Shown in pieces: positions 22,323 through 32,156 of a DNA stretch of 64,000 nucleotides (positions are counted from its first letter, which is position 1; every line of letters begins with the position of its first letter). The notes below the pieces were generated by a model. The model saw only the letters and a program-made list of their open reading frames with translations. It did no database searches and was not told the origin of the DNA. Source of the DNA: Candidatus Coprosoma sp. (GTDB lineage: Bacteria > Bacillota_I > Bacilli_A > RF39 > UBA660). Made by a program: the position numbers and the translations under genes. The DNA lies in assembly GCA_963928595.1 (NCBI GenBank), contig CAWVFK010000043.1:1995-65994 (forward strand), written 5' to 3'.

Positions 22323-22351
22323 TTGACTAGGATTTTTAGACATATTATAAT
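22323..22351 (+). promoter_or_regulatory. SigA-type promoter of pflB
   Basis: TTGACT (22323-22328), 17-nt spacer, TATAAT (22346-22351). The 12-nt palindrome AAACATATGTTT (22307-22318) abuts the -35. Confidence 0.55.
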
Positions 22352-22376
22352 TTTGTTTGGAAAGTAGGATGATGTT

Positions 22377-24605
22377 ATGGACGCATGGAAAAATTTTAAA
22401 GAAGGAAAATGGATGAATGAAATTAATGTTAGTGATTTCATTAAATCTAATTATACAAAATATGATGGTGATGAGACATTTTTAAAAGGAACTACTAAAA
22501 AAACAGATAGTGTTTGGGGAAAATGTTCAGAACTATTGAAAGAGGAATTAAAAAAGCATGTTTTAGATATTGATGTAGATCACATGAGTGGTATTAATGC
22601 TTTTGAACCCGGATATATAAATGAAGATGATGATGTAATTGTTGGTCTGCAAACTGACGCCCCACTAAAGAGAATGGTTAATCCTTATGGTGGTATTAGA
22701 ATGGTTTATCAAGAATTGGATGCATATGGTTATAAGTTAAATCCTGAGGTTGATAAATATTTTAATGAATATAGAAAGACTCATAATCAAGGTGTATTTG
22801 ATGCTTATACAGGAGAAATTAGAAAAGCTAGACATAATGGTTTGCTTACTGGTCTTCCTGATGCTTATGGTAGAGGAAGAATAATTGGTGATTATAGAAG
22901 AGTAGCTTTATATGGTATTGATTATTTGATGGAACAAAAGAAAAATGAATGGGATAATAAATTACTTGGTCCAATGACTGATGATTTAATTAGACTTAGA
23001 GAAGAAGTTTCAATGCAGTATAGAGCTTTGGATGAGATTAAGAAAATGGCTTTAAGATATGGATTTGATATATCTAAGCCAGCAACTAATTCTAAAGAGG
23101 CTGTTCAATGGACTTATTTTGGTTATTTAGCTTCGGTTAAAGAAAATAATGGTGCGGCTATGAGTTTAGGTCGTGTTGATGCATTCTTCGATATCTATTT
23201 TGAAAGAGATCTAAAAGCTGGGTTAATTACAGAAGAAGAAATTCAAGAGTTAATCGATCAGTTTGTCATTAAATTAAGGTTAGTGAGACATTTAAGAACT
23301 CCTGATTATGATGAATTATTTTCTGGAGATCCAACTTGGGTAACTTGCTCTATCGGAGGTATTACCAACGAAGGCGAAAGTATGGTTACCAAAACAAGCT
23401 TTAGAATTTTAAATACATTAACTAATTTAGATACTTCACCAGAGCCTAATATGACAGTACTTTGGTCAACTAAATTACCTGAGACATTTAAGAGGTACTG
23501 CGCTAAAATGAGTATTAAAACAGATGCTATTCAATATGAAAGTGACGATGTAATGAGACCTATTTATGGTGATGATTATGCGATTGCGTGCTGCGTATCA
23601 GCTATGCGCGAGGGTAAAGATATGCAATTCTTTGGAGCTAGATGTAATTTAGCTAAGTCACTTTTATATGCGATTAATGGTGGTGTTGACGAGAGAACTG
23701 GAGAACTCGCTGTCGAAGGCTTTGAAAAAATGACAGATGAAGTACTTGATTATGATAAGGTAAAAGAAGCTTACTTTAAGATGATTGAGAAGGTGGCTGA
23801 TATTTATTCTAATGCGATGAATATTATTCATTACATGCATGATAAATATGCTTATGAAGCTGGCCAAATGGCTTTACACGATACTGATGTTAATAGATTA
23901 ATGGCTTATGGAGTAGCTGGACTTTCTGTCGCAACTGATTCACTTTCAGCTATTAAGTATGCGAAAGTAAAGCCAATTAGAAATGAAAATGGTATTGCAG
24001 TGGATTTTGAAATTGAAGGAGACTATCCTAAATACGGTAATGATGATGATAGAGTAGATAATATTGCGAAAGAAATATTAGATAAGATGTTTAAGGAACT
24101 TTCTAAACATAAATGTTATAGAAATGCGCATCCTACTTTATCAGTACTTACTATTACTTCTAATGTAGTTTATGGTGAGAAGACAGGAGCTACACCTGAT
24201 GGCAGAAAAGCAGGTGAACCTTTTGCACCAGGAGCTAACCCAATGCATGGAAGAGATAGTAGTGGAGCTATCGCATCACTTAATTCAGTGGCTAAACTTG
24301 ATTATGCGAATTGCTGCCGTGATGGTATTTCTAATACATTTAGTATTGTTCCATCTTCTTTAGGACACTCTGAAGAAGAGAGAGTGGAGAATTTAGTTTC
24401 TTTACTTGACGGTTATTTTGTTCAAGGAGCTCATCATTTAAATGTTAATGTTTTGAATAGAGAGATGTTAATTGAAGCGATGAACGATCCTGATAAATAT
24501 CCACTTCTTACAATTAGAGTATCTGGTTATGCTGTTAGATTTAATAGACTTACGAGAAAACAACAAGAAGAAGTTATTGCGAGAACATTCCATGAAAAAA
24601 TGTAG
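22377..24605 (+). CDS. pflB: Formate C-acetyltransferase (pyruvate formate-lyase)
   Basis: 742 aa with active-site Cys pair ([10 protein letters not shown]) and C-terminal glycyl-radical motif [11 protein letters not shown]. Confidence 0.97.
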   Translation: MDAWKNFKEGKWMNEINVSDFIKSNYTKYDGDETFLKGTTKKTDSVWGKCSELLKEELKKHVLDIDVDHMSGINAFEPGYINEDDDVIVGLQTDAPLKRMVNPYGGIRMVYQELDAYGYKLNPEVDKYFNEYRKTHNQGVFDAYTGEIRKARHNGLLTGLPDAYGRGRIIGDYRRVALYGIDYLMEQKKNEWDNKLLGPMTDDLIRLREEVSMQYRALDEIKKMALRYGFDISKPATNSKEAVQWTYFGYLASVKENNGAAMSLGRVDAFFDIYFERDLKAGLITEEEIQELIDQFVIKLRLVRHLRTPDYDELFSGDPTWVTCSIGGITNEGESMVTKTSFRILNTLTNLDTSPEPNMTVLWSTKLPETFKRYCAKMSIKTDAIQYESDDVMRPIYGDDYAIACCVSAMREGKDMQFFGARCNLAKSLLYAINGGVDERTGELAVEGFEKMTDEVLDYDKVKEAYFKMIEKVADIYSNAMNIIHYMHDKYAYEAGQMALHDTDVNRLMAYGVAGLSVATDSLSAIKYAKVKPIRNENGIAVDFEIEGDYPKYGNDDDRVDNIAKEILDKMFKELSKHKCYRNAHPTLSVLTITSNVVYGEKTGATPDGRKAGEPFAPGANPMHGRDSSGAIASLNSVAKLDYANCCRDGISNTFSIVPSSLGHSEEERVENLVSLLDGYFVQGAHHLNVNVLNREMLIEAMNDPDKYPLLTIRVSGYAVRFNRLTRKQQEEVIARTFHEKM

Positions 24606-25326
24606 TGGTTCAGTTGATTCAATTGAGACAATGGGCTTAGTTGATGGCCCTGGAATTAGAACGGTTGTGTTTTTGACAGGATGTAAGCTTAGATGTTTAT
24701 ATTGTCATAATCCAGAAATGTGGACTAAGGGTAAGGATAATTATACACCAGAGGAGTTAGTAAAAAAAATTATTAGAAATAAACCTTATTTTGGTAAAAA
24801 AGGTGGAGTAACTTTCTCTGGTGGTGAACCACTTTTACAAATAGATTTTTTACTTGCGTGTTGTAAACTACTTAAAGAAGAAGGAATTAATATTGCTTTG
24901 GATACAGCCGGTGTTGGTCTAGGCGATTATAAAGAAATTTTGGACTTAGTAGATTTAGTTATATTTGATGTTAAGTATACTGATGGTGACGGTTATGAAA
25001 AGTTAACTGGTTATAATATGCTTGAGAGTGAAAGATTTATTCGTGATTTGAATAAAAGTGGTAAGGATGTATGGATTCGTCAGGTTGTTGTGCCTGGAAT
25101 GATGGACACTGAAGAATATATTAATAATTTAGCTAAATATATTTTAAAGATTAAAAATGTTCAAAAAATAGAGTTTTTACCATTTCACCATTTAGGTTTT
25201 TCTAAATATGATGAACTTAATTATTTGAATCCTTTAGAGGATACTAAAGAGATGGATAAAGATAAATGTGATGAGTTATATAATAAGTTTATGAAAAAAT
25301 ATAATAAATTAAAGGAGAATTTATGA
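24592..25326 (+). CDS. pflA: Pyruvate formate-lyase activating enzyme (radical SAM)
   Basis: Radical-SAM cluster motif [20 protein letters not shown]. The start is placed at MKKCSGS (ATG 24592), overlapping the pflB stop. The track's upstream 21 codons lie inside pflB. Confidence 0.93.
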   Translation: MKKCSGSVDSIETMGLVDGPGIRTVVFLTGCKLRCLYCHNPEMWTKGKDNYTPEELVKKIIRNKPYFGKKGGVTFSGGEPLLQIDFLLACCKLLKEEGINIALDTAGVGLGDYKEILDLVDLVIFDVKYTDGDGYEKLTGYNMLESERFIRDLNKSGKDVWIRQVVVPGMMDTEEYINNLAKYILKIKNVQKIEFLPFHHLGFSKYDELNYLNPLEDTKEMDKDKCDELYNKFMKKYNKLKENL

Positions 25327-25661
25327 TATTTATATGGTATCCGAAGTGTTCAACATGTCAAAAAGCTAAAAAATGGCTTGATGATAATAATATTGAATAT
25401 ACTTTAAGAGATATTGTTTTAGAGACACCAACTGAAGAAGAACTAAGTATTTGGATAAAAGAGAGTGGACTTGATATTAAAAAGTTCTTTAATACTTCTG
25501 GTATGAAGTATAGAGAACTTGGTTTAAAAGATAAACTTGATAATATGAGTTTTGAGGAAAAAGTTAAATTACTTTCTAGTGATGGTATGCTTATAAAAAG
25601 ACCACTTATTGTTGGTGATAAAATTATTCCAGGATTTAAGAATTACGATAGTTTAAAATAG
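25323..25661 (+). CDS. ArsC/Spx-family (glutaredoxin-like) protein
   Basis: 112 aa with N-terminal CSTCQKAKKWL redox motif and the C-terminal LIKRPL segment typical of the ArsC/YffB/Spx fold. Overlaps the pflA stop by 4 nt. Confidence 0.7.
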   Translation: MIFIWYPKCSTCQKAKKWLDDNNIEYTLRDIVLETPTEEELSIWIKESGLDIKKFFNTSGMKYRELGLKDKLDNMSFEEKVKLLSSDGMLIKRPLIVGDKIIPGFKNYDSLK

Positions 25662-25686
25662 GCTTATTTTGAGCCTATTTTTTCCA
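25658..25686 (+). terminator. Rho-independent terminator after the pflBA-arsC-like unit
   Basis: ATAGGCT (25658-25664) pairs with AGCCTAT (25672-25678), 7-nt loop, then TTTTTTCC. Confidence 0.6.
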
Positions 25687-25887
25687 TATTAATGTTTATA
25701 TTTCTTACTTGTCCCACATGAACATGGATTATTACTTCCTATTTGCTATATGAAATTTTTCTTTGAGAGGTTTTATTATAAATTTTTTTTACACTTTTTG
25801 GCACTTCATCTAATTAAAACTGTGGAAAAAATAGAAATCCTGTTTTTAAAAATGGTATAATTAAATTGTAGAATGGAAGGTGATGTG

Positions 25888-27033
25888 ATGGCAAACAGAA
25901 TTATTTTGAATGAAACTTCTTATTTTGGATGGGGAGCTAGAGAAGAATTAGTTCCAGAAATTAAGAAGAGACATTTCAAAAAGGTATTATTAGTTACTGA
26001 TAAAACACTTTTGGAATGTGGAGTAACTGATATGGTAATTAAAGAATTAGAAGGTAACGTAGATTATGCTGTATATGATGATGTTAAACCTAATCCAACT
26101 ATTTCTAATTGTCAGGAAGGTATCGACTTTTGTGAGAAAGAAAAAGCTGATGTAATTGTGGCAGTTGGTGGTGGTTCAGTTATTGATACGGCTAAATGTA
26201 TTGGTATTGTAATGCGTAATCCTGAATTTTATGATATTAATTCATTAGAAGGTACAGCAGATACGAAAAATCCAAGTTTACCTATTATTGCGTTGCCAAC
26301 AACAGCTGGTACAGCAGCAGAGGTAACAATTAACTATGTTATTACTGATGAGGAGAATGTAGTTAAAAGAGTATGTGTGGATCCACATGATATTCCAGTT
26401 TTATCAATTGTCGATATGGAATTAATGGCAGGTATGCCTAAGATGACAGCGGCAGCAACTGGACTTGATGCTTTAACGCATGCAATGGAAGGTTATATTA
26501 CTAAAGCTCACTGGGAGATGACAGATATGTTCCACTTAAAGAGTATGGAAATGACATATCATAATCTAGAAAAAGCTGTTAGTAAAGATAAAGATGCAAT
26601 GATTAATATGGGCATAAGTCAATATATTGCTGGTATGGGCTTTTCTAATGTTGGACTTGGAATTGTTCATTCAATGGCGCATCAATTAGGAGCTACTTAC
26701 GATGTCGCACATGGTATTGCATGTTCATTATTTTTACCTTATGTTTTAAAATGGAATGGTGAAGCCTCTAAAGATAGATATAGAGATATGGCTAAAGCAT
26801 TTGATTTAGATACTAATGGTAAAAGTGATGAAGAATGTGTTGACTTAGTAGTAAATGTTGTTAGAGAGTTAGAGACTAAACTTGGAGTTCCACAACACTT
26901 AAGTGAACTTGGTGTTAAAAAAGAGGATTTTGAAGTTATGGCTGAAAAAGCATTTAAAGATCCTTGTACTGGAGGTAATCCAAGAGAAGTTACTAAAGAG
27001 GATATAATAGGCTTATTTAATGAAGCTTATTAA
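25888..27033 (+). CDS. Iron-containing (group III) alcohol dehydrogenase, FucO/lactaldehyde-reductase-like
   Basis: GGGSVIDTAK, PTTAGTAAE, and metal His residues in LDALTHAMEGY and IVHSMAHQLG. The start is placed at MANRI (ATG 25888), 7 nt after the GGAAGG/AAGGTGA RBS. Confidence 0.88.
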   Translation: MANRIILNETSYFGWGAREELVPEIKKRHFKKVLLVTDKTLLECGVTDMVIKELEGNVDYAVYDDVKPNPTISNCQEGIDFCEKEKADVIVAVGGGSVIDTAKCIGIVMRNPEFYDINSLEGTADTKNPSLPIIALPTTAGTAAEVTINYVITDEENVVKRVCVDPHDIPVLSIVDMELMAGMPKMTAAATGLDALTHAMEGYITKAHWEMTDMFHLKSMEMTYHNLEKAVSKDKDAMINMGISQYIAGMGFSNVGLGIVHSMAHQLGATYDVAHGIACSLFLPYVLKWNGEASKDRYRDMAKAFDLDTNGKSDEECVDLVVNVVRELETKLGVPQHLSELGVKKEDFEVMAEKAFKDPCTGGNPREVTKEDIIGLFNEAY

Positions 27034-27053
27034 GAATAAAGGGAGGTTATTTA

Positions 27054-28232
27054 ATGTTAAAAACAAAAGTAGGTTACAGTGAAAATGTCGATGCTTTTGC
27101 ATCTGGAGCTGAAACTGCTAAAATGGCAAATGTGATTGAAAATCCACAAGTTGGGTTATTATTCACAAGTTGCGTACAAGATCAAAATAAAATTATGGAA
27201 GGAGCAAAAAGCGTTTTAGGTGATGTACCAGTTGTTGGATGTACTTCTTCAGCTGCTATATGTACACAAGATGGATATCTAAATAAAGAAACTGGTTATT
27301 CTGGTATGATGCTTTTTGGTGGAGATTTAGAGGTTGTTACTGCTGGTAGTAAGCAAACTGATGAGACTCCAAGAGAAGTAGGTAGAAGAGTAGCTAAAGA
27401 AGCTATTAGTAAAGTTAAAGGAGAAGATGTTGAGCCGGATTTCTTCTTTATGTCAGCTTCACCTGCTAATGAAGAAGAATACTTAGAGGGTATTCAAGAT
27501 ATTATTGGTAATGTTCCAGTATTTGGTGGATCAGCTGCTGATAATACAGTTGAGGGAAAATGGAGCATTTTAAATGATGGAGAAGCATTTGCTGATGGTG
27601 TAACAATTGCTATTTTCTATACTAAAGGTGAAATGAAGAATCTTTATACAGGTGCTTATCATGAAACTAATAATGTTGGTGTGATTACTAAAGTTAGAGA
27701 TGAAAGAACACTTGTTGAAATTGACCATGAGCCAGCTTTAAAGAAATATGCTGAATGGACTGGTAAATCTATAGAGTCTTTAATGGGTAATAATTTACTT
27801 ACTGAGACTATTTGTGCTCCACTTGGAGTAAAAGACCCTATTGGTAAAGTTACAGCTGTTCGTCACCCAATGTTTGGTAATGATGATTTATCTATGAATA
27901 TTGGGGCTAATTTGGCTGAGAATACGGCTGTTATTCAACTTTCTAATACACCAGAAGGTATTTTAAAAGCTAATGAGGAAACTATTAATAATTTAAATAA
28001 ATTAATGGTAAGTGAGGTAAATTCTTATTTCTTAGTTCACTGTGGTGGAAGAAGACTTGGTCTTGCTTTATCACAAATTGAGGACAGAATTTATCCAGAA
28101 GTTAAGAAGGTTATTCCTGATAAAGAATTCTTAATGGTATTTACATTTGGTGAGTATGGAACTGGAGATCATTCATCTAATACTGTTGGAGGATTATCAC
28201 TTTCTTATACAGCGTTTGGAGGTAATGAATAA
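27054..28232 (+). CDS. Stand-alone FIST-domain protein (FIST_N + FIST_C), no output domain
   Basis: 392 aa with a FIST-like pattern: LLFTS, VPVVGCTSSA, GMMLFGG; FFFMSASP, VPVFGGSAADN, FADGVTIAIF; then a C-terminal EFLMVFTFGEYG region. The gene is packed tightly between the ADH and the ALDH. Confidence 0.7.
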   Translation: MLKTKVGYSENVDAFASGAETAKMANVIENPQVGLLFTSCVQDQNKIMEGAKSVLGDVPVVGCTSSAAICTQDGYLNKETGYSGMMLFGGDLEVVTAGSKQTDETPREVGRRVAKEAISKVKGEDVEPDFFFMSASPANEEEYLEGIQDIIGNVPVFGGSAADNTVEGKWSILNDGEAFADGVTIAIFYTKGEMKNLYTGAYHETNNVGVITKVRDERTLVEIDHEPALKKYAEWTGKSIESLMGNNLLTETICAPLGVKDPIGKVTAVRHPMFGNDDLSMNIGANLAENTAVIQLSNTPEGILKANEETINNLNKLMVSEVNSYFLVHCGGRRLGLALSQIEDRIYPEVKKVIPDKEFLMVFTFGEYGTGDHSSNTVGGLSLSYTAFGGNE

Positions 28233-29669
28233 TTGGCTAAGAATTTAATAGGTAGTGAATGGGTAGATGCTTTTGATGGTAAAGTTATTGAAGTATATAA
28301 TCCAGCTACAAATGAGTTAATTGATACAGTTCCTGATACAACTAAAGAGGACTGTGATAGAGCAGTAGAGGCTGCTAAAAAAGGTCAAAAAGAATGGGAG
28401 AAAAAACCTATTCATGAAAGAGCTGCTATTTTAATGAAATTCGTTAAATTAGTAGAAGAGCATAAAGATGAACTTGCTAAGTTATTAAGTGATGAAACTG
28501 GTAAACCTATCAGTGAAGCTATTGGTGAGATTGCGAATGTTTCAATTGGAATTCCAGCTTTTTGTGAAAAGGCAAAACACGAATATGGAAAGGTTATACC
28601 AGCTGGAGTAGAACCAGGACAAGAACATCATATTCAATATACTGAACAATATCCATTAGGCGTTGTTGTGGCAGTTATTCCATTTAATTTTCCAAGTGAT
28701 TTATTCTGTCAAAAAGTACCACCAGCACTTCTTATGGGGAACAGTGTTATCTTAAAACCTTCAGCTCATAATCCACTTACTTTAACAAAGTATGTAGAGT
28801 TATTAATAGAAGCTGGAGTGCCAGGAGGAGTTATCAATTTACTAAATGGCGCTGGAGGAGAAGCTGTACAAGCTTTAGCTGAAAATCCAGGTGTAGCTTT
28901 AGTTACTTTAACTGGTTCAACGATTGCAGGTGCTGAAACAATGGCTAAATGTGCTAAAAATATTACTCATGTAACTTTAGAGTTAGGTGGTAATGATGCA
29001 TTTATCTTATGTAAAGATGGTGATGTTGATTTAGCTGTTAAAGAGATCGTTTGGGGAAGACTTTACAATACTGGACAAGTTTGCTGCGCTTCTAAAAGAT
29101 TTATTATTCATAAGGATGTAAAAGAAGAATTCTTAAATAAATTAGTAGAAACATTTAAGGGTATTCCAGTGAAGATGCCTAGTGATCCAGATGCTAAAAT
29201 TGGATGTTTAATTAGTGAGCAAGCAGCAATTAATGTTGAAAAACAAGTTAATGATATGGTGGCTGCTGGAGCTAAATTAGTATTTGGTGGAAGACGTAAA
29301 GGTGCTTTTTATGAACCAACTATATTAGACTCTGTTACTAAAGATATGGATGTAGCTAAAGATATGGAGATTTTTGGACCAGTTGTACCAATTATTGAAT
29401 TTGAAGATTTAGATGAAGCTATTGAAATTGCTAATCAATCTAGTTATGGCTTATGTGGATGTGTATTTTCAAAGGATATGAAAACATGTCAGTATGTAGC
29501 TGATAAGTTAGAGTGCGGTGGAGCAGTTATCAATGGAGCATCATTCTTTAGACCATTCGAAATGCCGTTTGGTGGATGGAAACATTCAGGAATTGGTAAT
29601 GAAGGTGTTATGACTACTTTCGAAGAGATGAGTAGAACTAAAACTTTTGTACTTAAAAATATTAAATAA
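28233..29669 (+). CDS. NAD(P)-dependent aldehyde dehydrogenase
   Basis: 478 aa with ELGGND (catalytic Glu), GQVCCASKR (catalytic Cys), EIFGPV, PFGGWKHSGIG. The TTG start lies immediately after the FIST stop, with GGAGG 10 nt upstream. Confidence 0.9.
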   Translation: MAKNLIGSEWVDAFDGKVIEVYNPATNELIDTVPDTTKEDCDRAVEAAKKGQKEWEKKPIHERAAILMKFVKLVEEHKDELAKLLSDETGKPISEAIGEIANVSIGIPAFCEKAKHEYGKVIPAGVEPGQEHHIQYTEQYPLGVVVAVIPFNFPSDLFCQKVPPALLMGNSVILKPSAHNPLTLTKYVELLIEAGVPGGVINLLNGAGGEAVQALAENPGVALVTLTGSTIAGAETMAKCAKNITHVTLELGGNDAFILCKDGDVDLAVKEIVWGRLYNTGQVCCASKRFIIHKDVKEEFLNKLVETFKGIPVKMPSDPDAKIGCLISEQAAINVEKQVNDMVAAGAKLVFGGRRKGAFYEPTILDSVTKDMDVAKDMEIFGPVVPIIEFEDLDEAIEIANQSSYGLCGCVFSKDMKTCQYVADKLECGGAVINGASFFRPFEMPFGGWKHSGIGNEGVMTTFEEMSRTKTFVLKNIK

Positions 29670-29698
29670 GAGGTTAATTTAGATTAACTTCTTTTTTG
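29669..29698 (+). terminator. Rho-independent terminator after the aldehyde dehydrogenase
   Basis: AGAGGTTAA (29669-29677) pairs with TTAACTTCT (29684-29692, one G-U), 6-nt loop, then TTTTT. Confidence 0.65.
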
Positions 29699-29859
29699 TA
29701 AGGTTATTTTATATAGTAAAATTATTTTTTATTAAAATTATGTTTTCTAAATCGATTAATTTATTTTTGACAAAACATATAATTATAATGATGAACTTTA
29801 GTTAGTTTGCTTGCTAATAAATGGTAAATATATTATAATTGTTTTGGAGAGTGATATTG

Positions 29860-30405
29860 ATGAACAATGTTTTAAACGAAACAGAAAGTAAGATGAAAAA
29901 AGCAATTGAAACAATGGAAAAACGTTTCACAAATGTTAGGGCAGGAAGAGCTAATCCAGCTATATTAGATGGTGTTATGGTTAATTATTATGGAACTGCT
30001 ACACCTTTAAAATCTTTGGCTACTATTTCAATTCCTGAAGCTAGACAGCTTATGATTAAACCATTTGATAGGTCTTGTTTAAATGATATTGAAAAAGGTA
30101 TTTATGAGGCTAATATTGGGCTTACTCCTAATAATAATGGAGAGTGCATAATTTTAAATATTCCAGCTTTAACCGAAGAGACAAGAAGAGAATATGTTAA
30201 ACAAGTTAAACAAATTGCGGAAGAAGGAAAAATCAATTTAAGAGGTATTAGACAAGATAGTAACAATGATATTAAGAAAAATGAAGATTTAACTGAAGAT
30301 GAAAAAGATAATTTAATGGATGATGTTCAAGACTTAATTAATAAATATAATAAAGTAATTGATGAAAAAGAGAAGGAAAAAGAGCAAGAATTATTAACTG
30401 TTTAG
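29860..30405 (+). CDS. frr: Ribosome recycling factor
   Basis: Frr signature: F..VR.GRANP..LD.V.V.YYG..TPL, NIP.LTEE.R. The start is placed at MNNVLNE (ATG 29860) after the GGAGAG RBS. Confidence 0.93.
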   Translation: MNNVLNETESKMKKAIETMEKRFTNVRAGRANPAILDGVMVNYYGTATPLKSLATISIPEARQLMIKPFDRSCLNDIEKGIYEANIGLTPNNNGECIILNIPALTEETRREYVKQVKQIAEEGKINLRGIRQDSNNDIKKNEDLTEDEKDNLMDDVQDLINKYNKVIDEKEKEKEQELLTV

Positions 30406-30415
30406 GTGAAAAAAT

Positions 30416-31570
30416 ATGTTTGGAAGAAAAATTAGTAAAGATTTAGATGTTAGAAAAGTAAATGAAGTAACTGATTTAGCTTCTAAGGTTTTAAGAGTTT
30501 TATATCTTTTACTTATTGCAGCAATTGTTTATGTAGTAATTAGATTATTTAAAGAAACTAAAATATTAGATTTTATATTTAAAATATTAGAAATTTGTTT
30601 GCCACTTTTTATTGGTTTATTAATAGCATGGTTATTTGATCCGTTTATTAAATGGTTAGAAACAAAAAAAATTAAACGAACATTTGGGGCGGTTATTACT
30701 TATTTAATTATATTTATAATAATCTTCCTAGTGCTTGTAACTTTAATACCATTACTTATCGATCAAATTCGTGAGTTTGCTCATATTATTCCTGATGTTA
30801 TCGATACTGTTAGGATTTGGGGAAGCGATTTATTTGATAAGATGGATAGTTCGAGTTTGATCAATTTTAGTCAAATGAAAGATGATGTGTTTGCCTCACT
30901 TGAAGATTTTGCGACAAATATCACGACAACTTTACCGCAAAATATTCTCGGATTTATTTCTAGTTTATTTTCAGGACTTGGAGTATTTGTTTTAGGATTA
31001 ATTATTGGCTTTTTCTTAATTGTTAATTTTGATAGTAGTTCTAAATTATTTAATTTTATTCCGAAGAAATTTAGAGATACAACAGTTTCTTTATTAGATG
31101 AAGTTAATGTGTCACTTAGAAGTTATGTTAAAGGGGCAATATTAGATTGTACACTTATATTTGTAATTTCTTCTCTTGCTTTTTGGATTATTGGTTTGCA
31201 AGCACCTATGTTATTTGGATTATTTTGCGGATTAACTAATATTATTCCTTATGCTGGACCATATATCGGTGGTGCACCAGCAGTAATTGTTGGTTTTACC
31301 CAAAGCCCAACAATTGGTATTTTAGTTTTAGTAGCAATAGCGGTTATTCAATTTTTGGAAGGTAATTTTTTACAACCACTTATTATGTCAAAGACAACTA
31401 AGTTACATCCAGTAACTATTATTCTTGGATTATTAGTGTTTGGATATTTCTTTGGAATTGTCGGTATGCTTATTTCAACACCGGTTATTGCCGCATTAAA
31501 AACGGTATTTAAATTTTATAATGTGAAATATGGAATTATTGAGAAAGATAAAGTAATAGACAAAGAATAA
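30416..31570 (+). CDS. AI-2E family transporter (PerM/UPF0118)
   Basis: 384 aa, about 8 TM segments, with the C-terminal conserved block NIIPYAGPYIGG.P and HP..I.L. Confidence 0.8.
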   Translation: MFGRKISKDLDVRKVNEVTDLASKVLRVLYLLLIAAIVYVVIRLFKETKILDFIFKILEICLPLFIGLLIAWLFDPFIKWLETKKIKRTFGAVITYLIIFIIIFLVLVTLIPLLIDQIREFAHIIPDVIDTVRIWGSDLFDKMDSSSLINFSQMKDDVFASLEDFATNITTTLPQNILGFISSLFSGLGVFVLGLIIGFFLIVNFDSSSKLFNFIPKKFRDTTVSLLDEVNVSLRSYVKGAILDCTLIFVISSLAFWIIGLQAPMLFGLFCGLTNIIPYAGPYIGGAPAVIVGFTQSPTIGILVLVAIAVIQFLEGNFLQPLIMSKTTKLHPVTIILGLLVFGYFFGIVGMLISTPVIAALKTVFKFYNVKYGIIEKDKVIDKE

Positions 31571-31572
31571 TA

Positions 31573-31599
31573 AAAAACCACAGTTTAGTGGTTTTTCTA
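31573..31599 (+). terminator. Rho-independent terminator
   Basis: AAAAACCAC (31573-31581) pairs with GTGGTTTTT (31588-31596), 6-nt loop, T-rich tail. Confidence 0.65.
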
Positions 31600-31613
31600 T
31601 AAGGAGAGGTTTT

Positions 31614-32156
31614 ATGAGGATATATGTTATTTCTGGTAAAGCAAGACACGGTAAAGATACGGTAGCTTTAGATATAAAAGAGATATACGGGGAAAATGGT
31701 TTAAAGGTTATTAAATTGGCTTATGGTAGTTATATTAAAGAGTATGCAAAAAGAATAAGTAATTGGAATGGTGACGAGGAAACTAAACCTAGAGAGTTAT
31801 TACAAGAGCTTGGAACGGATATTATTCGCAAAAAAATAGATAATGATTTTTTTGTTAGAAGAATTTGTGAAGATATTGAGGTTTATAGTTATTATTTTGA
31901 TATTATAATCATTTCAGATGCACGTTTTCCAAACGAGATGGAATGGCCAAAGAAAAAATTTGATAATGTGGTTAATATTAGAGTTATTAGAGATGATTAT
32001 GACAGCGTTTTATCTGAAAAGGAACAAAAACATTTGACTGAGACGGCCTTAGATGAGTATAATAGTTACGATTATGTGATTCATAATGATGGGACTTTAG
32101 AAGATTTAAAGAAGAAAGTTTCTGATGTAGTGAGGAAGGTAGAACATGAATATTAG
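31614..32156 (+). CDS. P-loop kinase-like protein (dNMP-kinase-like)
   Basis: 180 aa with N-terminal Walker A ISGKARHGKDT. The size and layout resemble small deoxynucleotide-monophosphate-kinase-like proteins. The specific activity was not determined. Confidence 0.5.
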   Translation: MRIYVISGKARHGKDTVALDIKEIYGENGLKVIKLAYGSYIKEYAKRISNWNGDEETKPRELLQELGTDIIRKKIDNDFFVRRICEDIEVYSYYFDIIIISDARFPNEMEWPKKKFDNVVNIRVIRDDYDSVLSEKEQKHLTETALDEYNSYDYVIHNDGTLEDLKKKVSDVVRKVEHEY

